Source of the DNA: an uncultured Peptococcaceae bacterium
GTDB taxonomy: Bacteria > Bacillota > DSM-12270 > Thermacetogeniales > Thermacetogeniaceae
Direction: 5' to 3'
Length of the DNA stretch: 64,000 nucleotides
Assembly: GCA_963767365.1 (NCBI GenBank)
Contig: CAVYEE010000030.1
Location: 132,475-196,474, forward strand
The first letter of the stretch is position 1, and the number at the start of each line of letters is the position of its first letter. The notes beneath the pieces were generated by a model. The model ran no database searches. It had not been told where the DNA came from and worked only from the letters and a program-made list of their open reading frames with translations. The translations under genes and the position numbers were made by a program. Below, piece by piece: positions 38,023-47,068 of the stretch.

Positions 38023-38952
38023 TTATTTCTGCGTCAGCTCTCCGCCGGGCTGCAGCACCTGCTCCTGGCAGAATTTGATGAAGTCCTCCCTGAGACTGAA
38101 GGGGTCATAAAGATCATCCAGATCATCCAAAAAGATAAAATTAAACTCCCTGAGCATCCGGAAGTCGTTGATGGGAACAATTTTAATGGTATGGTTGGCT
38201 ACGGGTTGCTTCAAAACCTTCCTGGAGATGATGGTGCACCCAAGGTTGGACTCCACCAGGGAAACGATCGCCGTGATATCCCCGATCTCTATGTAAACGC
38301 TCTTTTCGTCCAACCTGTACCCGGCCCGGTGCAGATAGTCCTCGAAAACTGTTCTGGTTCCCGAACCCCTTTCTCTTAGGATCAACCTGTCTGCCAGCAC
38401 TTCGTCGATGCTCACGGATTCCTTGCCGGCGAAGGGATGATGCGCAGACACCGCCAGCACCAGTTCGTCGTCTTTCAACTTTGCGTAGCGGAACCTCGTT
38501 CTGTCAAAAAGACCTTCGATGACCGCCAGATCGATCTCGCCGGCGAATAATTTTTTAATGATGGTTTCGGTGTTTGCAGCCTGGAGAATGATATCGAAGT
38601 TTTCCTTCTCTTTCTTGTATCTGCCGATGATGTCGGGCAGAACGTAACCGCTGATCGTCAGGGTGGCACCCACCCGGTATTTCCTGATGATCCCCGGTTT
38701 ATTGTCCAACTTGGCTTTGACGATCTTGCCCAGGCGTTCCGCCTCTGTGGCGTACTGCAGCAAAATTTCGCCTTCCTTGGTCAACTCCATCTGCCGGTTC
38801 TTTTGATAGAAAAGAGACGCCCGATAGTACTCCTCAAGGAATTTTATGTGCTGGGAAACGGCGGGCTGAGTAATATTCAAGAGATTGGCGGCCTTGGTGA
38901 AGTTCTTGGTTTGAGCCACCACAATAAAGGTCTGGATCCTGATGTCGATCAC
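38023..38952 (-). CDS. LysR-family transcriptional regulator (paralog 2)
   Basis: The start is GTG 38952, homologous to the paralog 1 start. It is 309 aa, with a 9-aa C-terminal extension relative to paralog 1. Confidence 0.88.
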   Translation of the reverse strand: MIDIRIQTFIVVAQTKNFTKAANLLNITQPAVSQHIKFLEEYYRASLFYQKNRQMELTKEGEILLQYATEAERLGKIVKAKLDNKPGIIRKYRVGATLTISGYVLPDIIGRYKKEKENFDIILQAANTETIIKKLFAGEIDLAVIEGLFDRTRFRYAKLKDDELVLAVSAHHPFAGKESVSIDEVLADRLILRERGSGTRTVFEDYLHRAGYRLDEKSVYIEIGDITAIVSLVESNLGCTIISRKVLKQPVANHTIKIVPINDFRMLREFNFIFLDDLDDLYDPFSLREDFIKFCQEQVLQPGGELTQK

Positions 38953-39653
38953 CTGACGTACCTCCGCCCGGATCTGAATACTCCCCAATAACGTCATTCT
39001 ACCCGCTACCACTCAACCAAAACAATCAGTTGCCTTTAACCAAAAAGTTATTCGGTTAAACTAAAACTGGTCACAAGGGTTGAGCGCTGGGTCGGCACAA
39101 GCCAAGTTTTACTGATAATTCAGCCCCGGCGGCAGCCCGGGCCTCTCCCTTTGTCCTGCATCCCGCTTCCCCTGACACTTTTCACACTGCATTTTGATTA
39201 CATCCCTTTCCACTAATATATTAATTAACATTTACATTTAATGCCATATTCATCATAGTTACAGTAATAGGGGATGTCAAGATTTAGTCCCGCGTATCAG
39301 TGTTGACACCTAAATTATTGAGCCAGGTCAGCCGGGGCTGTCCAAGATGCTAGGAGGGCAAACGGCGTAGCGTCTAAAATCTGAGCAGACAGCCAGATCC
39401 GGAAGGTAATCGCTGGAATGCCGTCAAATATTTAAGGGGTGGCAGATTATCTCAATTATATTGGAGGAAGATTATATGCAACTGTGGGCACCGGGCAAGC
39501 TGCATGTTTACAGTATTTTCGAGCTAGATGAAAAACCGGAGATTCGCCGACTTTACTATTATGTGGTATGGGTGGTGGTGGTGGATAATGGCTAGGTAAT
39601 AGCAAGATTTTGGCAAGGCAAAGCTATTACCGCCTGATTACTTACCCTTAAAT

Positions 39654-40442
39654 TTAGAACTGTCCGTGTCTACCTGTACCCGAAGTAAACTTTGAGGCGC
39701 CCTGAGCAGTCTCGCCACTAACTATAACTATTTCGTAACCTTTTAAGAATTCCTGTTCCATAGCATCAGCAAAATTCACATTGAATCCTTCATAAACGGA
39801 CTGCCGATCACTAAGCATGCATTTCTGGGGGAAGGTCGCTATTTGTTCAGCCAATTTCTCAGCTTCTTTTCTGGCTGTGCCAGTTTCTACGACCCGGTTA
39901 GCAAGTCCTATCTGTAGGGCCTCATCTGCACTAACTGGCCTACCAGTTAGAATTAAATCCAGAGCACGACTCATACCTATTAAGCGAGGTAAACGCTGAG
40001 TTCCTCCATCAATCAGGGGAACACCGAATCTTCGGCAGAATACGCCAAGAATTGCATCCTGTTCCATAACTCGCAGGTCACACCATAGAGCAAGTTCCAT
40101 TCCACCTGCCACAGCGTAGCCTGAAACAGCAGCAATAACTGGTTTGGAGAGATGCATTCTGGACGGTCCCATCGGTCCATCCTTCGTCATATCTTTATCC
40201 AATCTATTTGCTGGTCCATTCGGATCATCCACATGAACAGCAGCTTTTAAATCAGCTCCCGCACAAAAAGATCCTCCTGCGCCACACAGTACAGCTACTG
40301 AATAATTAGGATCACTGTCGAAGGCACGAAATGCGTAGGCTAGCTGATCGGCTGTCTTTCGGTCTACGCAATTTTTTACCTCCGGTCTATTAATGATTAC
40401 AGTATAAACTGATCCTTTAGTTTCAACGAGAACTTCGCTCAT
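39654..40442 (-). CDS. enoyl-CoA hydratase/isomerase (crotonase) family protein
   Basis: This 262 aa ORF has FCAGADLK and ...GGMELALWCDLR oxyanion-hole motifs. Confidence 0.85.
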   Translation of the reverse strand: MSEVLVETKGSVYTVIINRPEVKNCVDRKTADQLAYAFRAFDSDPNYSVAVLCGAGGSFCAGADLKAAVHVDDPNGPANRLDKDMTKDGPMGPSRMHLSKPVIAAVSGYAVAGGMELALWCDLRVMEQDAILGVFCRRFGVPLIDGGTQRLPRLIGMSRALDLILTGRPVSADEALQIGLANRVVETGTARKEAEKLAEQIATFPQKCMLSDRQSVYEGFNVNFADAMEQEFLKGYEIVIVSGETAQGASKFTSGTGRHGQF

Positions 40443-40485
40443 ATCAGCACTCCTTTTAGTTACTAATGTTTAATCAATACGACAG

Positions 40486-40770
40486 TTATCTAGTACCATA
40501 AATATTTAGAGGATCAACTTTGGTACGCAAAACCATTACTTCTTCCTTGGTAATCCAATCAGCTTCTCTGGCGCGGGATACATCCAGATTAAATCCGGTA
40601 TTATCTAGAACTTCTTCGATGGTGACTCTCATTTTAGGGGTAAAAAGCGTCTTGGTCAAGGACGCGATGACAACCCGGTTGCCATCCAACCTGCAAGTTT
40701 TGACAACTTTATCAGTAGTCAAAACCTTCGATGGGGATATCCAACACTGAAGTATCACCGTCTTCGACAA
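40486..40770 (-). pseudogene. probable C-terminal relic of a CoA-transferase beta subunit (GctB/AtoA-like)
   Basis: Only about 90 aa are present (...RVTIEEVLDNTGFNLDV...ITKEEVMVLRTKVDPLNIY). They resemble the extreme C-terminus of class I CoA-transferase B subunits. There is no N-terminal part, and the ORF overlaps the upstream ACAD end by 59 nt. Confidence 0.4.
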
Positions 40771-42568
40771 TAGTAGCTACTGTACATACATTAGGGACTA
40801 CGTTTCTCAAATAGTAGCACGCAGAAGCTACTTTGCTTGAATAGAAATTATAGTCAAAATGCTGGGGGCCCAAATCCTCTGCCTTTTTCTTGGCAATTAA
40901 AGCTTGTTCAAGGAGAAGACTTCCCCCCCACATCTGGGCTGTTGCAGTAAGTATACGCCGGGCAAACACAGGAACCATTGAATATTTTTTGTTTTCTGAG
41001 TAATGAGTGATAGCTTTGAGGATTTTAGCATAAGCATTCAAAGCATTGCCAAGGATATGAAATTCTTTTTCGAAATAATGTGAATTTTTATTTGCCTCAT
41101 AAAAATTCTGTATTTGTGCTAAAAATGAAGAAAAGACGGCACCCTTTTTCATTGTTAATTTACGCCCTATTAAATCCATGGATTGGATGTAATTAGTTCC
41201 TTCCCAAATACTTAATACTTTGCAGTCACGAGCAAGCTGAGCAACTGGATAGTCTTCGCAGTAGCCATAACCGCCATAAGCCTGAATCGCTTCACCGATC
41301 AGCCACCACGCTTCGTCAGTCGGATAGGCTTTACATAATGGTGTGGCGACTTCAATAAATTCATCGGCTTTTTTTCTTTTCTCTGGATCTGGATCAAACC
41401 TTCTCACGTCAAAATTGAAATAGGTTTTATAGATCATGGCGCGCATGGCTTCAACATGTGCTTTTCCCATCAACAAGGTTCGTTTAATATCTTCGTGATT
41501 GATAATAGCGACCCTGTCTCCTTTAGGATCATTGATTAGCCTGCCTTGAATTCGCTCTTTACAGTAATCGCGAGCGTTATAAAACGCATTAGCAATTAAG
41601 GCGGTACCAAATAAGCCGGTGGCCATCCGAGCCTCATTCATCAGATGAAACATTAAGGCCATTCCGTCTCCTTTGCCATCATTCTGCAACGGATTTTTTC
41701 CTATGAGCCATCCCCGGCAATTGTTGCTTTCTCCCACGCTTACACCGCAGGTAGGTGACCCATGCAGTCCCAGTTTATGCTCGATCCCTGTAACCTGAAA
41801 ATCGTTAATCTCAGTTTCTTGCGTGCCATCTTCATTAACCCAGTACTTGGGAATGAGAAACAAAGATATACCGGCTGTACCTGGAACAGCACCTTCAACT
41901 CTGGCCAAAAAAAGGTTGACAATATTAGCTGTAAAATCATTGTCTGCTCCAGTGATGAATAGTTTCTGCCCTTTTATTTTGAATATTCTCGGGTCATCAG
42001 TAGGAAAAGCTTTAGTGATTATGTCCCCAACATCAGAACCTGCCGAGGTCTCCGTCAAACCCATGGTACCTGTCCAGCTTCCGTCCATCATTTTTGGTAA
42101 AAACATATGCTTAAGTTCGGCACTGGCAAAAGACTGAATGACTCGCGCTGCATCGGTGGTAATTTCTAAAAAGGGCATAAGGGCTGGATAGGCTGCCGAA
42201 AACATTTCCGTACACATGCTGAGTAGGATTGAAGGGAGAACCATAGCCCCCTGTGAATCATCAATGTTGGATGTTCCCCAGCCTTCTTGCTGCAGTTTTT
42301 TATATATTGGGCCGGTTAGAGGAGGAGTAATAACTTTACCTTTTTCATAACGGACCGGATTTTTCTCTGAATCTTCGTTAGCCGGCTCGACTATTTTTTT
42401 TGACATTTTTAAAATGGGCACTAAAACCGATTCAATATCTTCTTTTGCATAGTAGCCGGCAAATTCTTTATACGAGAATATTTCCTCGCAGGGAAGCCAT
42501 TCTTGTAGTATAAAACTAAAGTCTCTAATATTTGTATAGGCGAAATTCGCTGACATTTTAATGAACAC
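40712..42568 (-). CDS. long (618 aa) acyl-CoA dehydrogenase
   Basis: ACAD middle and C-terminal domain motifs are present (GLTETSAGSD, IWEGTNYIQ) plus an extended C-terminal domain. GC is low, about 35-40% by eye. Confidence 0.8.
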   Translation of the reverse strand: MFIKMSANFAYTNIRDFSFILQEWLPCEEIFSYKEFAGYYAKEDIESVLVPILKMSKKIVEPANEDSEKNPVRYEKGKVITPPLTGPIYKKLQQEGWGTSNIDDSQGAMVLPSILLSMCTEMFSAAYPALMPFLEITTDAARVIQSFASAELKHMFLPKMMDGSWTGTMGLTETSAGSDVGDIITKAFPTDDPRIFKIKGQKLFITGADNDFTANIVNLFLARVEGAVPGTAGISLFLIPKYWVNEDGTQETEINDFQVTGIEHKLGLHGSPTCGVSVGESNNCRGWLIGKNPLQNDGKGDGMALMFHLMNEARMATGLFGTALIANAFYNARDYCKERIQGRLINDPKGDRVAIINHEDIKRTLLMGKAHVEAMRAMIYKTYFNFDVRRFDPDPEKRKKADEFIEVATPLCKAYPTDEAWWLIGEAIQAYGGYGYCEDYPVAQLARDCKVLSIWEGTNYIQSMDLIGRKLTMKKGAVFSSFLAQIQNFYEANKNSHYFEKEFHILGNALNAYAKILKAITHYSENKKYSMVPVFARRILTATAQMWGGSLLLEQALIAKKKAEDLGPQHFDYNFYSSKVASACYYLRNVVPNVCTVATIVEDGDTSVLDIPIEGFDY

Positions 42569-42656
42569 CTCTTTTACTTAACATTATCTGTAAAGAATAC
42601 CCTGGCAGCACAGGGCTTCTTTCGCCGGAAACTTCGCCGCGTTGTGGGCCCAAAGA

Positions 42657-44342
42657 TCAAAGACGGTCATGAGCCCCCTCCCCTCCTGTCGCCTTTAGGC
42701 GGCGCATGAGCTCCTCCCGTAGGACGTTCTTCAGGACCTTGCCCACCGGGTTGCGGGGAAGCCGGTCGATAATCTCCAGCCGTTCGGGCACCTTGTAGAC
42801 GGCCATGTCCTTGCCCTTCATGAAGGAAACTAGTTCCGCCAGGTCGACGGTCTGACCCGGCCGGGGCACCACGAAGACGCAGGTCCGCTCCCCCATCACC
42901 TCGTCCGGTAAGGCCACGGCCGCCACTTCCAGGATTTTCGGGTGGCCCTGCAGGCTGTTTTCCACCTCCTGGGCGCTGATGTTGAAGCCGCCCCGAATGA
43001 TGATGTCCTTGCGGCGGTCAAAAAAGGCGAGGTGCTTTTCGTCCCTGATCAGGAAGAGGTCGCCGGTGTAAAAGAAGCCCTCGTCGTCAAAAGCCTTCCG
43101 GCTCAGGTCGGGACGGCCGAAATAGCCGGGCATGACGTTGGGGCCCCGGTAGGCCAGTTCCCCCACCCCACCGGGTTCGGTGACCGGCCGGCCGTTTTCC
43201 GGATCGATCACTTTCGTTTCCAGGCCGGACACCGACCAGACCACGCCGGACCGGCCCCAGTCGGGAAAGACCTCGGCCCGTTTGGCCAGGTCCGGAACGT
43301 CTGCCGGGCCGGAAACGAGGGCGGTACCTTCGTTTTGCCCCCAGATGTTGACCACCTCTATCCCCCAGCGCTGGTGGAACTCCTGCACGGCCCAGGGTGA
43401 GAGGGGGGCCGAACCGGAGGCGACGCTTCGGACGGTCCCGAGGTCATAGTCGTCGATGCGGGGATGCTTGAGAATCATGTTCATCATTGCCGGGGGCAGG
43501 ATGGTGTAGGTGACCTTCTCGTCCACCAGTTGGCGGAGGGAAAGCTCCACATCCAGGGGGTGGTGCAGGACAAAAGTGCCCCCGAACAGGAGCCAGGGTA
43601 TGAACAGCACGCCCAAGGCGGTCATGTTCACCAGGGGGGCCAGACAGAGTTGGACGTCCCCAGGCTGGAACCCGGTCGCCCTTTTCACGATGTTGCCCTC
43701 GAAAGTCCAGTTGTTATGGCTTAAAGGGCAGCCCTTGGGCTCGGCCTCGGTACCCGAAGTCCAGCAGATGGAGAACACGTCGTCAGCGGTCATGGGAATG
43801 GCCACCAGCCGGTCCCGGTCGACCGGGCCGGCGATTGCTTCCCGTAGCCAGGCAAGGGAAAGGACATATTTCAGGCCGGGCAGGACCGTCTTTTGTTCTT
43901 CCGCCATACGCTGATGGTGGAACCCCTTGAATTCCTCCGCCGTAATGAAGGCTTTCGCGCCAGTCAGGGCGGCGACGTAGGAAAACTCCTTGCCGCGCCA
44001 CTGTACCGGCAGGGGCGCGATGACCGCGCCCGCCCTGGCGATGGCGACGTAGAGTAGGGCAAGTTCCCAGATGTTGGGCAACTGGACCATGATCACATCA
44101 TCCTTTTGGATCCCCAAATCCAGCAAGGCCGTGGCCACGGCATCCGCCGCCCGGTCCAGTTCCCTGAAACAAACCCGCCGGGGAGCCATCCCGACCAACT
44201 CCTCTTTGTTGGGCGGGTCGACCAGGGCCACCCGCTCCGGGCCCGCCTGCACCTGCTCCCTAAAAGCATCCAGCAGGGTCCGGTCGCCCCAGTAGCCCTT
44301 TTCCCGGTACTCCCGGATCTTTTCTGATGAACATAGAATCAT
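42657..44342 (-). CDS. AMP-dependent acyl-CoA synthetase/ligase
   Basis: This 561 aa ORF has adenylation motifs (WTSGTEAEPKG, YRGPNVMPGY, GDLF...DRRKDIIIRGG). GC is very high, about 65% by eye, unlike its operon neighbours. Confidence 0.85.
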   Translation of the reverse strand: MILCSSEKIREYREKGYWGDRTLLDAFREQVQAGPERVALVDPPNKEELVGMAPRRVCFRELDRAADAVATALLDLGIQKDDVIMVQLPNIWELALLYVAIARAGAVIAPLPVQWRGKEFSYVAALTGAKAFITAEEFKGFHHQRMAEEQKTVLPGLKYVLSLAWLREAIAGPVDRDRLVAIPMTADDVFSICWTSGTEAEPKGCPLSHNNWTFEGNIVKRATGFQPGDVQLCLAPLVNMTALGVLFIPWLLFGGTFVLHHPLDVELSLRQLVDEKVTYTILPPAMMNMILKHPRIDDYDLGTVRSVASGSAPLSPWAVQEFHQRWGIEVVNIWGQNEGTALVSGPADVPDLAKRAEVFPDWGRSGVVWSVSGLETKVIDPENGRPVTEPGGVGELAYRGPNVMPGYFGRPDLSRKAFDDEGFFYTGDLFLIRDEKHLAFFDRRKDIIIRGGFNISAQEVENSLQGHPKILEVAAVALPDEVMGERTCVFVVPRPGQTVDLAELVSFMKGKDMAVYKVPERLEIIDRLPRNPVGKVLKNVLREELMRRLKATGGEGAHDRL

Positions 44343-44465
44343 TTCAATTCACCCCCAGTTTCTCCGGGCTTTTCCCGGACATGGAAAGCTAATGCGGGGT
44401 ACCGATCTGGGAGAAGAGAACCGCCGGCTGAAGAAAAAGCCGCAACGCTTTATAACTGTTTTAGT

Positions 44466-44481
44466 TGCAAATTATATGCCT
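44466..44481 (-). promoter_or_regulatory. sigma54 (-24/-12) promoter for the 44342..39654 operon
   Basis: In the minus sense it reads AGGCAT-ATAAT-TTGCA, with GG and GC at canonical spacing. It lies about 123 nt upstream of ATG 44342. Confidence 0.55.
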
Positions 44482-44518
44482 GCTAAATGTTTCCTTCATA
44501 TTGTCGAGGATTAAAGAA

Positions 44519-44566
44519 GGGCCGCTTCAGAAAAGCGGGGGCATTAGAGCGGGTAGTCATCTGGGA
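44519..44566 (-). repeat. family A repeat, truncated copy A4 (module 1 only)
   Basis: The reverse complement reads CCCAGATGACTACCCGCTCTAATGCCCCCGCTTTTCTGAAGCGGCCC. It lacks the outer-stem 3' arm and module 2. Confidence 0.7.
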
Positions 44567-44589
44567 AATACTACGCAATATTAGAGTTG

Positions 44590-44632
44590 AACAGGCACGT
44601 GGCATTAAACTTCGCTTCGCTTCGTTTGAATG
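44590..44632 (-). repeat. family B fragment (B3)
   Basis: AACAGGCACGTGGCATTAAACTTCGCTTCGCTTCGTTTGAATG matches 51970-52014 of copy B2. Confidence 0.65.
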
Positions 44633-44854
44633 TTCGAAATCCTGTACAAACATTTTTATGAAAATCCGGACATTAGTTAAGAGTTTCCGGTCCTTCCACC
44701 TGCCGCCCGCCTTTCTCTTGGTCTTTTATCCAGTTCAGGAAAAGAAGGCGCTCTTCGGTTACAGCACCGAATGTTCCTGCATTCAAGCCACTCACCGGCT
44801 TGCGGGCTACCGCATCCCATCTCTGTCTCAGAAAATATTCCGAATGCTTTACAA

Positions 44855-44870
44855 TGGCAGGACATTTGCT
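44855..44870 (+). promoter_or_regulatory. sigma54 (-24/-12) promoter for the 44993..50312 operon
   Basis: TGGCAG-GACAT-TTGCT matches 15 of 16 positions of TGGCACG-N4-TTGCW. It lies 122 nt upstream of ATG 44993, and a sigma54 activator gene ends this operon's locus. Confidence 0.65.
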
Positions 44871-44992
44871 AAAGAATACATCAAACCTATTTTAAGTATC
44901 TGACCATGGTGGATATACGGGCGGTAAAAAAAGGGGGGGATCTGACACTGCAGGCTGTCTAATTAGTCCATTTGAGAGGAGTGTTGTAACCA

Positions 44993-46204
44993 ATGAAGGA
45001 TAATGATGTAGTAATTGTTGCCTACGCCAGAACGGCGTTTGATAAGTTTGGGGGAGTAACCAGGAATGTTCATAGCACTCAATACGTAGCATGGGTGATC
45101 CAGGAACTAATTAAACGGTCCGGACTTCAAAAAGAGGCTATTGATTTTATCCATATAGGAAGCGCACTTTGTGTAGAGCAGGGAATCCAGACAGATGTCC
45201 AGGGCCGCCAGGGGCTACTTCTTGCAGGAATGCCGCCGGAAACCCTGAGTTTTAATATTGACCGGGCTTGTTGTTCATCAACTACCGCACTGCAGCTTTC
45301 ATTCCTGTATTTAAAGCACGGCTTGGGCTCGGTGTGTATGTCAATCGGGGTTGACAATATGAGTAATACCCCGTTGTTGCTTCCATCACGTCTGCGGTGG
45401 GAAGGTTACCGTCTAGGTCACGTATCATTGATCGATCTGCTTTTTCCCATATCCTATCCTGGTTATACCGTAGCAGTGGATGCCGGAGAAGTTGCTGTTG
45501 AGTATGGGCAAACCCGGGAGATGCAGGATGATTGGGCCTTAAACAGCCAGTTGAAAGCTGGCATGGCTATAGCCAGCGGATTCCTCGAAGAAGAGATCTT
45601 CCCAATCGAAATACCTCAGGGTAAGGGAAAGACTCCTGTAATATTCGCTCAGGACAGTCAGCCCAGACCTGACGTCAAAATTGAGGATTTGGCCAAGCTG
45701 CCTACAGTGTATGGAAGCCCCACCGTTACTGCTGGAAATGCTCCCAGCATGAATTCAGGGGGATCCGGTGTAGTTGTTACTACAAGAAAAAAAGCCCAGG
45801 AATTAGATTTGGAACCGCTGGCAGAAATACTGGATGTGGTCAGTGTTGCGCTACCCCCCAAATATATTGCTAAGGCGCCAGCAGAGGCAATTATTAAAGG
45901 TTTGAGTAAAACTGGTCTGAAAATTGACGATTTAAAACAGATAGAGATCAATGAGGCATTTGCGGCAGTTCCCTTGGTGAGCACTCACCTTCTGGCTGGC
46001 GGAGATCAGGCTGAAACGAAGAAAATAAGGGATAGAACCAACCCTAATGGTGGAGCCGTTGCCTTTGGTCACCCCGTAGGAGCCAGTGGATTACGGATCA
46101 CTGCAACCATAATCAATAATTTGCGCCGTCAAGGTGGTGGCTATGGCGCAGCCGCAATATGCGGGGGATTGGCTCAGGGCGACGCAGTAATTCTCAAGGT
46201 GTAA
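44993..46204 (+). CDS. acetyl-CoA C-acyltransferase (thiolase)
   Basis: This 403 aa ORF has the active-site Cys context (NIDRACCSS) and C-terminal GGGYGAAAICGG. Confidence 0.88.
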   Translation: MKDNDVVIVAYARTAFDKFGGVTRNVHSTQYVAWVIQELIKRSGLQKEAIDFIHIGSALCVEQGIQTDVQGRQGLLLAGMPPETLSFNIDRACCSSTTALQLSFLYLKHGLGSVCMSIGVDNMSNTPLLLPSRLRWEGYRLGHVSLIDLLFPISYPGYTVAVDAGEVAVEYGQTREMQDDWALNSQLKAGMAIASGFLEEEIFPIEIPQGKGKTPVIFAQDSQPRPDVKIEDLAKLPTVYGSPTVTAGNAPSMNSGGSGVVVTTRKKAQELDLEPLAEILDVVSVALPPKYIAKAPAEAIIKGLSKTGLKIDDLKQIEINEAFAAVPLVSTHLLAGGDQAETKKIRDRTNPNGGAVAFGHPVGASGLRITATIINNLRRQGGGYGAAAICGGLAQGDAVILKV

Positions 46205-46251
46205 GGTGACACCCCTGTGGAACCTGTATAATCTAAACTGCAGAAGGGAGA

Positions 46252-47028
46252 ATGAACGTGAATATTGAGGGAAAGACAGCGCTGGTTACCGGAGGGGCTT
46301 CCGGACTTGGGGAAGCAACAATAAGAACTCTCTTCAACCATGGCGGCAATGTTGTAATACTGGACCTCAATCAGGAGAGAGGCAGGGCATTGGCGGAGGA
46401 ACTGGGTGAGCGTGCCATGTTCATCAAGATGGATGTTTCCAAAACAGAAGATATTCAGGCAGCTATCGAACAGGCTGTCAAAAAGTTTGGCGGGGTTCAC
46501 ATCCTTGTTAATTGCGCAGGAATCGGCATAATCATGAAAACCACGGATAGAAAGCGAGGACCAGCCGACATCGCCCTCTTTAAAAAGACCATTGACGTCA
46601 ACCTAGTCGGCACCTTCGATATGATTCGTAATGCTGCCACTGCTATGTTGAACAATGAACCGGAAGGATATGACGGGCGTGGTGTCATCATCAACACGGC
46701 TTCGGTGGCTGCATTTGAAGGGCAGATCGGCCAAATAGCCTATACGGCGAGCAAGGCGGCAATTGTTGGCATGACGATTACCTTGGCCCGCGATCTCTCT
46801 GCGGAAGGCATCCGTGTGAATACGATTGCTCCGGGAACCTTCGATACGCCAATGTTGGCCTCGCTGCCGGACAATGTCAAAGAATCCCTGGGCAAAGCAG
46901 TTCCTTTCCCGTCCAGGTTAGGACGGCCGGAAGAATTCGGCATGCTGGTCCGGCAGATCGTGGAAAATCCCATGCTCAACGGTGAGACTATCCGTTTGGA
47001 CGGAGCTATTCGCATGCAGCCCAGATAG
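46252..47028 (+). CDS. SDR-family 3-hydroxyacyl-CoA dehydrogenase (type II / 3-hydroxy-2-methylbutyryl-CoA DH-like)
   Basis: This 258 aa ORF has TGGASGLG and a YTASKAA catalytic motif. Confidence 0.8.
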   Translation: MNVNIEGKTALVTGGASGLGEATIRTLFNHGGNVVILDLNQERGRALAEELGERAMFIKMDVSKTEDIQAAIEQAVKKFGGVHILVNCAGIGIIMKTTDRKRGPADIALFKKTIDVNLVGTFDMIRNAATAMLNNEPEGYDGRGVIINTASVAAFEGQIGQIAYTASKAAIVGMTITLARDLSAEGIRVNTIAPGTFDTPMLASLPDNVKESLGKAVPFPSRLGRPEEFGMLVRQIVENPMLNGETIRLDGAIRMQPR

Positions 47029-47068
47029 CCGCCCTGCCTATCATCCTCGTAGGAAAAGGAAGAGGTAA

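Noticed and set aside
39290-39476. A possible riboswitch or leader upstream of the 39-codon ORF. I compared it from memory with TPP, cobalamin, c-di-GMP-I, ykkC and glutamine-II cores.
   Set aside because: Only short chance matches were found (CUGAG, GGAAGG, GGGCAAAC). No complete conserved core or consistent helices could be drawn, so it needs an Infernal scan.
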